From NCBI GenBank assembly GCA_036677065.1, contig JAKFBS010000001.1, positions 732,336 through 796,335 on the forward strand: a DNA stretch of 64,000 nucleotides. Direction: 5' to 3'. This document shows positions 29,198 through 38,844 of this stretch, in pieces. This DNA comes from Bdellovibrio sp. (lineage in GTDB: Bacteria > Bdellovibrionota > Bdellovibrionia > Bdellovibrionales > Bdellovibrionaceae). Position 1 is the first letter of the stretch. Every line of letters begins with the position of its first letter. Position numbers and translations under genes: made by a program. The notes under the pieces are model-generated. The model saw nothing but the letters and a program-made list of their open reading frames with translations, had not been told where the DNA came from and ran no database searches.

Positions 29198-30175
29198 ATG
29201 ATTAAAAATATTATTTTACTAATTAGTGGCTTATCGATTTTTGGTTGTACTTTTTTATCTAAGCGCCAGCCGCAGAACGAAGTGTCACGCTGGCATTTTG
29301 ATAAAACTTTTTATGATGTTAAACATCCGTACTTAGCGAATCCCTTAGTGCGTGATGTGCATTTGCGCACTGGTTATTACACCGAATCTGCAAATGTGCC
29401 GTTCAAGGGCTGTGTGATGTACCTTGAAGGTTTAGCGGACTCAGTCGCGAACCAACAACCTTTGTTTCATGCTTTAAGCGAGAGCGGTTACCGTGTGGTG
29501 TTCTTTGATTATATGGGCCAAGGCGGTTCAGAAGGATCAATGAATGATTCGCGCGTGATTGATCCAATTAACAATTCGTTGCAAATTTCGACACAAGCGC
29601 AGTTTGTCTGGAAGCAATATTCGCCAGGCTGTGGCAATAGCAAAAAAATCGTGATCGGATGGTCTACCGGTGGACTTGTTAGTTATAAGCTGGCGTATGA
29701 TACTTGGGCTGATGCTGTGATTTTGATTGCACCAGGCATTCACGCGAAAAAATTTGTCGGAGAAGCTGCAGCCGCGCCATCAACATTAGTGACGTTTAAG
29801 CAAGTGATCAGCGAGCGCACATTGACTCGTAATTTGTTTAGCACCGGACAAAACCCGCATGTCGATCCGGTCAAACCAGATTCGCCGGCAAAGGTTCCGC
29901 TATTTGCTGCGAACTTACTTGGATCTTCTATGATTTCGCAAAGCTGGAAGATTAATGCAAAAGTACAAGGCTTAGTATTTTTATCGGGCGTCGAAGACAC
30001 TTATGTCGACCGTGATGCGACCGTTAAGACATTAGCGAAAAATGCACCACACTTTCATGTGGTGAGTTATGATGGTGCTTTACATGAGATTCAAAACGAA
30101 ATTCCAGAAGTGGCTTTTGATATGTATCAAAAAACCACTCAGTTTTTAGATCAGATTACTTACTCAGAGAAGTAA
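29198..30175 (+). CDS. Alpha/beta-hydrolase lipoprotein (lysophospholipase-like)
   Basis: Lipobox IFG-C, DYMGQGGSEG, GWSTG nucleophile elbow, ALHEI. Confidence 0.85.
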   Translation: MIKNIILLISGLSIFGCTFLSKRQPQNEVSRWHFDKTFYDVKHPYLANPLVRDVHLRTGYYTESANVPFKGCVMYLEGLADSVANQQPLFHALSESGYRVVFFDYMGQGGSEGSMNDSRVIDPINNSLQISTQAQFVWKQYSPGCGNSKKIVIGWSTGGLVSYKLAYDTWADAVILIAPGIHAKKFVGEAAAAPSTLVTFKQVISERTLTRNLFSTGQNPHVDPVKPDSPAKVPLFAANLLGSSMISQSWKINAKVQGLVFLSGVEDTYVDRDATVKTLAKNAPHFHVVSYDGALHEIQNEIPEVAFDMYQKTTQFLDQITYSEK

Positions 30176-31034
30176 GTCTTTTGAGAAAGCTTTTGCGGCT
30201 TCCAGATTCAGTTTTCTTTTTAGAAGGATTACGAACATCGCGACGAGCATGAACTTCAGTTGGAAGATCAGGCATAAAAATACGGTCGCGAGCCGCTTCA
30301 TTGATGAATTGATATTCGCCAGTTTCAAGCGCACCTAGACGTAATTTACCAATAGCAACACGTTGTAATTTCATGACATCAAAGCCGATTTTTTTAAACA
30401 TCTCGCGAACTTGATGATTTTTACCTTCAGTGATGACAATTTTGTACCAGTCATACTTGTCTGAAGTTTTAGTCGTTTTAGATTTTGTCATTTTCAATTT
30501 TTCGATGTGTTTGGCGCGCACGCGACCATCTGGAATTGAAACGCCTGATAAAAGTTTTGCGATCTTATCAGGAGCCGGTTGGCCGTTGACTTTAACATGG
30601 TAAGTTTTAGTCACTTCTTTTTTTGGATGCATAACTTCGTTGGCGAAATCACCATCGTTAGTCACTAATAATAAGCCTTCAGAATCCCAGTCAAGACGAC
30701 CAATCGGAAATACACGACCCGGAACATCTGCCACATAGTCGGCTACTGTTGGGCGGTCTAATGGATCAAACATCGAAGTGATCACATTTTTTGGTTTATT
30801 AAACATGATGTAAAAAATTTGATTTTTAGAACGGAGTGGTTTTCCATCGACGATGATTTTATCTTGGTGCTCATCAACTTTAACGCCAAGCTCGTACACT
30901 TTTTTACCGTTAACGGTCACAAGACCTTCGGCAATAAGTTTATCAGCGCCCCGGCGTGAAGCTAATCCGCGTTCTGCTAATAGTTTATTTAATCTGATTT
31001 GGTTTTTTTGATTTGTCTGAATTGTTTCTGACAT
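30156..31034 (-). CDS. rluB: RsuA/RluB-family pseudouridine synthase
   Basis: S4 domain RLNKLLAERGLASRR, GRLDWDSEGLLL, EGKNHQVR. Confidence 0.88.
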   Translation of the reverse strand: MSETIQTNQKNQIRLNKLLAERGLASRRGADKLIAEGLVTVNGKKVYELGVKVDEHQDKIIVDGKPLRSKNQIFYIMFNKPKNVITSMFDPLDRPTVADYVADVPGRVFPIGRLDWDSEGLLLVTNDGDFANEVMHPKKEVTKTYHVKVNGQPAPDKIAKLLSGVSIPDGRVRAKHIEKLKMTKSKTTKTSDKYDWYKIVITEGKNHQVREMFKKIGFDVMKLQRVAIGKLRLGALETGEYQFINEAARDRIFMPDLPTEVHARRDVRNPSKKKTESGSRKSFLKRLTSLSK

Positions 31035-31103
31035 AGGAACTCTCTTTCTGCGCGTCTCCCGACGGGCAAAGTTACGTATCTCACGACAGGTAACAGTTAA
31101 GTT

Positions 31104-32858
31104 CTATTCAAGAGCTTTAAGCACTTTTGGCTTTAAATCTTTCCAATCTAAAAATTGGGTAAAGGTTAACTCTGAAAGAATGTCCCCACTTTTATTGATA
31201 AATATGACTGTTGGCAAGCCTTTGATTTTATACTTTTCAAGAATTTGTTTAACTTCAGGGATATCCTCGGTAGCGTCGATTTTAACGAGTTTGAATTGCT
31301 TAGATAGCTCGACAAATTCAGGATTCGTGTAAGTTTTTTCCTCTAGTTCGTGGCAGGCAGCACACCATTCGGCGAAAAAGTCTAAAATGACGGGCTGGTT
31401 GTCGGCCTTTGCCTGGGCAATCACCGCCTCAGAATAGGGAGTCCATTTGATTAATAACTCGGTCACATCCTCGGCTTTGTTATTAAAAACGGGGCTAACA
31501 TATTCACGTTTAAAAATCGATAAAAGTGTCAGTGTCAGTGAAGCCACAAACACGATAATAAACAAACCCTGGCGATAAGGGTGTTTTCTTTGAAAGTGAA
31601 AAGCCCCTTGCCAGATCGAAATCGCTAAAAATGTTAAACCTAAAACCATGATCCAATATTCCATGGGGATAACAAATTTTAGATAATACAGCGCTACTAA
31701 AATCATTAATAAGCCTAAAGCGAATTTGATAAATTCCATCCACGGGCCAGAGCGTGGCAGTTTTTTTAACAACTGGCTTGAAGCACCGATGGCGATAAAA
31801 ATTAAACCTAAGCCTAAAGCGTAAGTAAAAAGTAAGGTAAAACCTAACACCGCATTTTGCGTTGTTGATACAAAACTTAAAATTGAAACTAACACAGGGC
31901 CAACGCATGGACTTGCCACGATGCCTGCGACCATTCCCATAAAAAAGGCACCGACATAGCCATGGCTTTTGCCTGTGCCGAAACGGTTTCTGATAAACGC
32001 AGGCACTTGTAATTCAAAGGCACCCCACATACTGAGTGCCATTAAAACAAATAAGCCAACCATGGATAATACGACCCATTTATTAGCTAGGGCTTGGCCA
32101 AAGATCGCTCCGGTCAAAGCTGCTAGCACTCCTAATGAAGAGTACGTGACAGCGATTCCTAAAACATAAAATATCGAACGTAAGATATTTTGCATACGCG
32201 ATTTTTCATGCGCCTCATTACCCAAAATTGAAAGAGTGATCGGAATCATCGGAAAAATACACGGCGTGAAACTTGTTAAGATACCTGCTAAGAACACTAA
32301 TAAAAAAGTTAAGTAGAAATTTTTTGACAGTTGATTTTCAATTGTGCCGGCAGAAAACATTGTCATCGATGGTTTATCAGCGGCTTCTTTCATTTGTATA
32401 AAGTTCACATCGATCGTGATGTTTTGAGTTTTTGGTAAATAACAAACCTGATCGCTGCAAATTTGATATTTTAAATCAAAGCTCAGCTTTTCCATATTGC
32501 GGGTTACTTTTTCTGGAGACTCGATTTGCAATTCAATTTCGCCGTTTTCAAAAAGACCTTTGCGGTTTTTTTTCGTGTATTTATCAAAGAATTCAATTTC
32601 TGGTTTAAGCTTTAATTGCCCAACCTGAAAACTGTTTGGTTGCACATTTAAAATTTTAAATTGGTCCGCATAGGCATGAAAATTTTTAGGCAGCGTCATT
32701 GTAATGCGCGCTGACTTAATTTGACCTTCTTGTAATGTAAGCGGTTGAGTAATGACTTGAAATTGGGCGCGTCCGGCTAAAGATTCGTCAGCTTGCGCCG
32801 CGAATGGGATCCAGGAAAAAAACAAAACAAATGTGAAAATTGCCAAGATGTTGGTCAT
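31104..32858 (-). CDS. dsbD: Thiol:disulfide interchange protein
   Basis: N-domain CSDQVC, TM domain TPCIFP and SPCVGP, thioredoxin WCAAC. Confidence 0.93.
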   Translation of the reverse strand: MTNILAIFTFVLFFSWIPFAAQADESLAGRAQFQVITQPLTLQEGQIKSARITMTLPKNFHAYADQFKILNVQPNSFQVGQLKLKPEIEFFDKYTKKNRKGLFENGEIELQIESPEKVTRNMEKLSFDLKYQICSDQVCYLPKTQNITIDVNFIQMKEAADKPSMTMFSAGTIENQLSKNFYLTFLLVFLAGILTSFTPCIFPMIPITLSILGNEAHEKSRMQNILRSIFYVLGIAVTYSSLGVLAALTGAIFGQALANKWVVLSMVGLFVLMALSMWGAFELQVPAFIRNRFGTGKSHGYVGAFFMGMVAGIVASPCVGPVLVSILSFVSTTQNAVLGFTLLFTYALGLGLIFIAIGASSQLLKKLPRSGPWMEFIKFALGLLMILVALYYLKFVIPMEYWIMVLGLTFLAISIWQGAFHFQRKHPYRQGLFIIVFVASLTLTLLSIFKREYVSPVFNNKAEDVTELLIKWTPYSEAVIAQAKADNQPVILDFFAEWCAACHELEEKTYTNPEFVELSKQFKLVKIDATEDIPEVKQILEKYKIKGLPTVIFINKSGDILSELTFTQFLDWKDLKPKVLKALE

Positions 32859-32956
32859 ACTTACCCTTCGGAAGGTCATGGTCTTTAATTTACCACTAAA
32901 CCTCACGAAAGACATTCGAAAAACCCAGACCTTCTTCCAGTTTCGCCAGGCGTGTA

Positions 32957-32984
32957 TTAACTTTGGTCACCAGTGTACCGATTA
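32957..32984 (+). promoter_or_regulatory. Sigma28-like promoter of motAB
   Basis: TTAA-N16-ACCGATTA upstream of motA. Confidence 0.7.
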
Positions 32985-33008
32985 AAGATTGTAGAAAAAG
33001 AGGTCTCA

Positions 33009-33878
33009 ATGGGATTTGTAGGTATATTAGTCGTTTTCGCCATGGTATTTGGTGGATATGCGTTAGCAGGCGGTAGCTTCGGCGTCATCATTAGTTCTGC
33101 GCCTATTGAAATGATGATTATCGGTGGAGCAGCTTTAGGTGCTTACATCATTGGTAATCCGATGAAAGTTATCAAAGCGGGTTTCAAATTATCGATTGCG
33201 GCGATGACATCAAAAGGTCCACAGAAAAAAGACTACTTAGATTTGTTACAAATGTTATTCCAATTATTTCAAGTGTTTCGTAAAGAAGGCCCACAAGGGG
33301 TCGAGAAACATATCGAACAACCTGATCAAAGTGATATTTTTAAAGCGTATCCATCGGTGATGAAAAATCATCATGCGGTTCACTTTTTATGTGACACGAT
33401 GAAAGTTATTTTATCTACAGATTTATCTCAGTACGACATCGATGACTTAATGGATAACGATTTAAAAGCCATTCATGCTGAAGAACATTTAGCGCAACAT
33501 GCGGTGCAAATGGTGGCCGATGGATTCCCTGGTTTAGGGATCGTTGCTGCCGTTCTAGGTATCGTTAAAACCATGGGACATTTAACTGAAGGTAATGAAA
33601 AGATCGGTCAGTTAGTTGCCGGCGCTCTAGTAGGAACAATGTTAGGGGTTTTCGGTGCTTACGGTCTTATTGGTCCGACAGCTACGAAAATGGCTTCTGA
33701 TATTGAAGCTGAAGGTCGTTTTTTAAATTGTATTAAGGCAGCAGTTGTTGCGCTTCAACGTGGATCGCCTCCGTTAGTGTGTGTTGAGTACGCCCGTCGT
33801 ACGATCATGCCTGAAGAGCGTCCGACATTTGATGAATTAGATAAAGCGACAAAAGATATTAAAAAAGCAGCGGCTTAA
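33009..33878 (+). CDS. motA: Flagellar stator protein MotA
   Basis: VFGGY, EMMIIGGAA, FPGLGIVAAVLGIV, ALVGTMLG, VEYARR. Confidence 0.95.
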   Translation: MGFVGILVVFAMVFGGYALAGGSFGVIISSAPIEMMIIGGAALGAYIIGNPMKVIKAGFKLSIAAMTSKGPQKKDYLDLLQMLFQLFQVFRKEGPQGVEKHIEQPDQSDIFKAYPSVMKNHHAVHFLCDTMKVILSTDLSQYDIDDLMDNDLKAIHAEEHLAQHAVQMVADGFPGLGIVAAVLGIVKTMGHLTEGNEKIGQLVAGALVGTMLGVFGAYGLIGPTATKMASDIEAEGRFLNCIKAAVVALQRGSPPLVCVEYARRTIMPEERPTFDELDKATKDIKKAAA

Positions 33879-33899
33879 TCACACGGACGGAATTAGATT

Positions 33900-34853
33900 A
33901 TGGCTAAGAAACAGCAAATCGTTATCAAAAAAATTATCGTACAGGGCGGCGGACACCATGGTGGATCATGGAAGGTTGCTCTTGCGGATTTCATGACCGC
34001 GATGATGGCGTTTTTCTTAGTTATGTGGTTAATGAGTCAATCAGATCAAACTAAAAAAGCGATCTCTGATTATTTTTCGACACCGTCTGTGATCGAATAC
34101 AATTTTCAAAATTTCGGTGCAGAAATTACTTTAGAAAAATTGTTCTTAGATTTTGTAAATGAACCATTAAAAGCGATGCAAAGCTTTATGGAGCCTTCAA
34201 CAAAAAGCCCGAATGTGTTAGACATGGGTTCAGAAAAAGTCGTAGCCGCTTACATGGCCGATAAAATGACTGATATCGCAAAGAATGTTGAAATTTCTCA
34301 AGATGGTTTTGATTTTGATATTCCAGATGTTTATTTATTCGAACGTGGTACATCGCAACCAAAGGTAAACTTTGTTGATGTCATGGATAAATTAACTGCG
34401 GTGACTGCGGGATTAAAAGATGCAGAAATTAAAATTACTTCAGCGCTTTTTATACAGCTAGTCGCAGATCAAACGGCTAAAACAGCTGATAAAGTAGCCT
34501 TAGAGCGTTTAGCGTTAATCACAAATAAAGTGAATGCTTCATTTGACGGTACGACAAACACTGTCATTGGTGCGACGAATATCAAAGATAAAAAAGGCGA
34601 TTACGATCCAGATCGTTTGATGGGATTTGTTCGTATCAACATTCGTCAAAAAGAAAGCACCGATGGTAAAAAACGTCGTAAGCTAGAGACTTTATTTGGC
34701 GGAAAAAAACAAAGTCGTTTAGAACTTGTACCGCAAGATAAATCAAAAGCAAAACCTGCTAATGGCTTGGATCCTAATATTATTAATCCGGTTGATATCG
34801 AAGTGATGAAGCTAGATCAGGAATTTAATCCTGGCAGCGGCCTTAACGAGTAA
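33900..34853 (+). CDS. motB: Flagellar stator protein MotB (atypical C-terminus)
   Basis: [26 protein letters not shown] with conserved Asp. Follows motA. Confidence 0.9.
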   Translation: MAKKQQIVIKKIIVQGGGHHGGSWKVALADFMTAMMAFFLVMWLMSQSDQTKKAISDYFSTPSVIEYNFQNFGAEITLEKLFLDFVNEPLKAMQSFMEPSTKSPNVLDMGSEKVVAAYMADKMTDIAKNVEISQDGFDFDIPDVYLFERGTSQPKVNFVDVMDKLTAVTAGLKDAEIKITSALFIQLVADQTAKTADKVALERLALITNKVNASFDGTTNTVIGATNIKDKKGDYDPDRLMGFVRINIRQKESTDGKKRRKLETLFGGKKQSRLELVPQDKSKAKPANGLDPNIINPVDIEVMKLDQEFNPGSGLNE

Positions 34854-34857
34854 ATAA

Positions 34858-35613
34858 TTAATACGTCAAAGACATTGCTAAAAAATAACCTAAACGTGAG
34901 CGGTTGCCAAACTGTGAAGTGTTAGTCGGTAAAGTCATGCCGGCTTCAAGTTTTCCATTTGGAAAAGCGTTGTAATAGGCTGTGCCGAACATATCGATGT
35001 AATTGCTATATCGCTGTGAATATTCCATCGTGTAGCCTGCGCCTAATTCTAGGCCGGTTTTTTCTGTGTACTTTTTATTGAACTTAACACGCGTGTAATA
35101 GGCCGACGAGGCTGTGCCTTCGTAATTGTTTTGCCACTCCAAAAGTCCAGTAAAGCGGCCGTAGTCTAACTTAAAACCATAGCGAATGCCGTTCAGTGAC
35201 TGGGTTTTATAGTAATGATCATCGTGAACATAAAACACAAATTTAGAATTTGCCTGAAAATCGACATAAACTTCAGCCATGTACTTGATCCAAAGATTAT
35301 CATCGTCATTTCCTAATTTTGAAATGTTAGAACCCCAAAAGCCAAATTTTAATTGGCTTCCAAGGTTAACTAAAAATGCGGCGTTCATGGCAAAACCACC
35401 ATTACTCATCGAAAGACCGCGGTCGATAAAATTAGAAGTTAAACGTGCGTAACCTGAAACATCGTAGCTGGGTGTTGCTCCGCCAGAGTCTTTGCTGTCT
35501 TTTTTTTTGTCTTTGTCTCCTGGGCCCGCTGAATAAGTGGGTGCTGCTATCGCAAACTGAGCAGTCAGCGTGAAAACAAAAAACAGTAGTACCATATGGC
35601 GCAAAAGGATCAT
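34858..35613 (-). CDS. TorF/Gcw_chp-like putative porin
   Basis: Signal peptide, LTSNFIDRGLSMS, GFWGSNI, amphipathic beta-strands, terminal Tyr. Confidence 0.7.
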   Translation of the reverse strand: MILLRHMVLLFFVFTLTAQFAIAAPTYSAGPGDKDKKKDSKDSGGATPSYDVSGYARLTSNFIDRGLSMSNGGFAMNAAFLVNLGSQLKFGFWGSNISKLGNDDDNLWIKYMAEVYVDFQANSKFVFYVHDDHYYKTQSLNGIRYGFKLDYGRFTGLLEWQNNYEGTASSAYYTRVKFNKKYTEKTGLELGAGYTMEYSQRYSNYIDMFGTAYYNAFPNGKLEAGMTLPTNTSQFGNRSRLGYFLAMSLTY

Positions 35614-35683
35614 TTATTTATTGTCAGAACTATTGGACAAATAAGCAATCAAAGCTAGAATATACATACTAAAGTTGGAGTAT

Positions 35684-36511
35684 ATGAGTCTATTTAACGA
35701 AGTTTCCTTGTGGTCTGATTATCCGATTGTGGCATTTGACACTGAGACCAGTGGTCCATATGCACTGGAATCAGAAATTGTTGAGCTTGGAGCAGTTAAA
35801 TGGCACCAGGGAAAGATCATCGGTCAGTTTCAAACTTTATTAAAGCCTTCAAAACCGATGACTCAAGATAATATAAATATTCATGGTATCACTAATGAGA
35901 TGGTGGCTGATGCACCATTAATGAAAGATCAAATTGGATTGTTTCATGAGTTTATTCAGGATTCATTATTGATTGCTCATCATGCGCCGTTTGATTTGGG
36001 TTTTGTGGCTCCTGAATTCGAAAAAGCCAGTTTGGTTTTTCCGAATAATGTTCATTTTTGTTCAAGTTTAATTTCGCGGGCCTTGCTGCATACAACGAAT
36101 CACAAATTACAAACTTTGGTAAAAGAATTAAATTTGGTCGGCGGTGATGCTCATCGCGCCTATGATGATGCCTATGCCTGTCTACAGGTGTTTTTTAAAG
36201 CTGCAGAAAAATTAGATTTTGCCTCACTTGAAAAGTTAAAATCGGTGCAGGCAAAAAAACTAGCTTGGGCTGACTATTCGCTATTTAGCAAAACCACTGA
36301 AAAAATTAAATCTATAGTTGATGCCATTCAAAAACAAAAAACCATTCAGATTGTTTATGAAGGCGGCCAAAGTAAAAATAAATTGCGCCCGATCACACCA
36401 AAAGGAATTGTAAGAAATCCTGATGGTGATTATGTGCATGCAATTTGCGGTTTAGATAACGAGCGTAAACGCTTTTATTTGTCTAAGATTTCAGATATCG
36501 AATTGGTTTAG
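35684..36511 (+). CDS. DEDDh 3'-5' exonuclease (DnaQ-like) fused to a WYL domain
   Basis: FDTETSG, AHHAPFD, AHRAYDDA. C-terminal AIQKQKTIQIVY..RPITP..YVHAIC..RKRFYLSKI. Confidence 0.85.
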   Translation: MSLFNEVSLWSDYPIVAFDTETSGPYALESEIVELGAVKWHQGKIIGQFQTLLKPSKPMTQDNINIHGITNEMVADAPLMKDQIGLFHEFIQDSLLIAHHAPFDLGFVAPEFEKASLVFPNNVHFCSSLISRALLHTTNHKLQTLVKELNLVGGDAHRAYDDAYACLQVFFKAAEKLDFASLEKLKSVQAKKLAWADYSLFSKTTEKIKSIVDAIQKQKTIQIVYEGGQSKNKLRPITPKGIVRNPDGDYVHAICGLDNERKRFYLSKISDIELV

Positions 36512-37410
36512 TCGTCTTTTTTAATTTCAATAATACGGGCTTTAATTTTTTCAGCCAATATTTCAAGATGACGAAAGTCATCGCCGGCGCGAAGCTGTAA
36601 AGCCTTTTTCTCTTCTTCTAAGCCTTTGCCCTCAAGGGCGGCACTTAAAAAACGTTCAAAAGCATACACAGGGCCAGCGATGCGGTGAGAGATAAATTTT
36701 GCGACGGCAAAGAGCGAAATTGAAAAGGCCAAAACCATTATACCAAATGAGACTAAAAAGGCTTTTGTGTATTCAGCATGATCATCATAAACACCCAGTT
36801 CTTTGAGTGCCAGTTTGAAATAAGTGTATGAAAAAACCATACAGATTAATGAAATTAACACACCTGAAGTAATAAAAATAAAAGCGTATTTTAACTGAAA
36901 CTTCTTATTGATCCAGAATTTATTTCTGTAATCTTGGTCTGGCCATAACTCTTTACCATCTTTAAATAACGAAAAAATTAATAAACCGTAACCAACCCAT
37001 TGAATCATATCAGCAAGATTCCAGATCGGAGTATGAAAAGTACCGAATTGCAGACTGATAAAATCAACAACGAAACCATAGTAAGTGCGGTCTAAGACAT
37101 TACCTAAAATTCCGCCGACTAATAAGGATAGGCCAAGTCTTAAGCGAAGAACTTTAACAGGCACTAAAAACTGCAAAAACGCATATAAGCTTAAAATAAA
37201 AAAGCCACTCGTCGATAGTGTAACTACGCGAAGAAATGCAGGTAATTTAGAAAATAGGCCAAGCATAGCGCCATCATTTTGAACCAGAATCAAATGCAGT
37301 GGGCCGATCCAGCGCTCGGGTTGTTCCCACGCCCAGTTTTTCGAGGCTTGGTCGACAATTATTGCCAAAAACAGTGTTGCAACGACCAAAAGCCAATCTT
37401 TAGTTTTCAT
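36508..37410 (-). CDS. lspA: Lipoprotein signal peptidase II with C-terminal 2-TM/HAMP-like extension
   Basis: DQASK, NDGAM, GGILGNVLDR, VVDFI, WNLAD, followed by FQLKYA...SHRIAGPVYAFERFL. Confidence 0.85.
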   Translation of the reverse strand: MKTKDWLLVVATLFLAIIVDQASKNWAWEQPERWIGPLHLILVQNDGAMLGLFSKLPAFLRVVTLSTSGFFILSLYAFLQFLVPVKVLRLRLGLSLLVGGILGNVLDRTYYGFVVDFISLQFGTFHTPIWNLADMIQWVGYGLLIFSLFKDGKELWPDQDYRNKFWINKKFQLKYAFIFITSGVLISLICMVFSYTYFKLALKELGVYDDHAEYTKAFLVSFGIMVLAFSISLFAVAKFISHRIAGPVYAFERFLSAALEGKGLEEEKKALQLRAGDDFRHLEILAEKIKARIIEIKKDD

Positions 37411-37439
37411 ATTCTTATTTTGCCGATACAGTTGATAAA

Positions 37440-38840
37440 ATGAACTACATATTGCGATTATTAATTTTACTCAACTATTGTCTAGCGATCCTAGGATCGA
37501 CTTGTCTAGCGTCTCAGGCTTTCGCGCAATCACTTCAGTCAGAAGTTAAAGAAATTCTAATCAAAAACAAGATTAACCCAGATCATGTTGGTTTAGTAAT
37601 TTCTTTAAAAGATCAAAACGTCTACGAGAACAATCCTAAGAAATTATATATTCCAGCATCGATTTCAAAATTGTTAACGGCTTACTCGGTGTTAAAAAAT
37701 ATTGATCTCACTCAAAAATTTAAAACTGAGCTTCACTTTGATGGTAAAAACTTATATCTAAAAGGCGGCGGCGACCCAAGCTTTGTCTCTGAAAATCTTT
37801 GGTATTTAGTTAATGAATTCACTCGGCAAAAAATCGGCGTAATCAATGGTGATATCATCGTGGATGATTATTATTTTGATGATGTGCGTTTTGATAGCTC
37901 ACGTGAATCAGTACGTGTCGATCGTTCTTATGATGCCCCAGTGGGTGCTATGAGTTTTAACTGGAATTCTATAAATATTTTTGTAAAACCCGGCGAAATA
38001 ACAGATGGAAAGGCGCAGGTCGTGCTTGATCCGCAAAATTTGTATTTCACTTTGGTTAATAAGACGACGACCCGGGCAAAAAAACTTTCGCGAGAATTAA
38101 TCATCGATGTGAATCAAAAATCTCGCACGGTCACTGTCTCAGGTGATGTGTTAAAAGGCGGAATTGAAAAAGCCTACTATAAAAACGTGGCTGATCCAGA
38201 AATGTGGGCCGGCGAAAATCTAAAGGCCTTTTTAGCTCAAAGAAATATCGAAGTTAAAGGTAAAATTAAGCACGGCAAAACCCCCAGCAGCGCTGAAAAA
38301 CTGGTGACTTTCGAAAGCAAAAGTTTATCGATGATTCTTGCTGATATGAATAAATTTTCGAATAACTATGTCGCCGAGATGTTAACGAAAAATCTGGCCG
38401 CATTATCTGGCGAAACACCAGCCACTTTATCAACTGGTGTTAAAGTTATCCAAAAAAACCTAAAAGAATTAGGCTTAGCCAAAGATGATTTTACGATGTT
38501 AAATCCCTCAGGCTTAACTCGTGATAATAAATTGTCGGCGCAAAGTATGAATGTCGTATTAAAAGCCATGCAAAATGATTTTCGCTACTTTCCGACCTTG
38601 TTAGATTCACTGCCAATTTCAGCGATTGATGGCACTTTAAAAAAGCGCATGAAAAATACTCCAGCCGCAGGATTTGTGCGCGCAAAAACCGGATATTTAG
38701 ACGGCGTTGTCACTTTAGCCGGCTATGCTGGACATAAGGATGGCGACATATACCGCTTCGCGTTTCTATACAATGGTCCACAAGATGAGGCCCGCGTGCG
38801 TGAAGCTTTTGATCAAATATTGATTTCGCTATTAAAATAG
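37440..38840 (+). CDS. dacB: D-alanyl-D-alanine carboxypeptidase/endopeptidase (PBP4)
   Basis: PASISK (SxxK), GGGDP, SNN, SGL, KTG. Confidence 0.92.
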   Translation: MNYILRLLILLNYCLAILGSTCLASQAFAQSLQSEVKEILIKNKINPDHVGLVISLKDQNVYENNPKKLYIPASISKLLTAYSVLKNIDLTQKFKTELHFDGKNLYLKGGGDPSFVSENLWYLVNEFTRQKIGVINGDIIVDDYYFDDVRFDSSRESVRVDRSYDAPVGAMSFNWNSINIFVKPGEITDGKAQVVLDPQNLYFTLVNKTTTRAKKLSRELIIDVNQKSRTVTVSGDVLKGGIEKAYYKNVADPEMWAGENLKAFLAQRNIEVKGKIKHGKTPSSAEKLVTFESKSLSMILADMNKFSNNYVAEMLTKNLAALSGETPATLSTGVKVIQKNLKELGLAKDDFTMLNPSGLTRDNKLSAQSMNVVLKAMQNDFRYFPTLLDSLPISAIDGTLKKRMKNTPAAGFVRAKTGYLDGVVTLAGYAGHKDGDIYRFAFLYNGPQDEARVREAFDQILISLLK

Positions 38841-38844
38841 ATAG

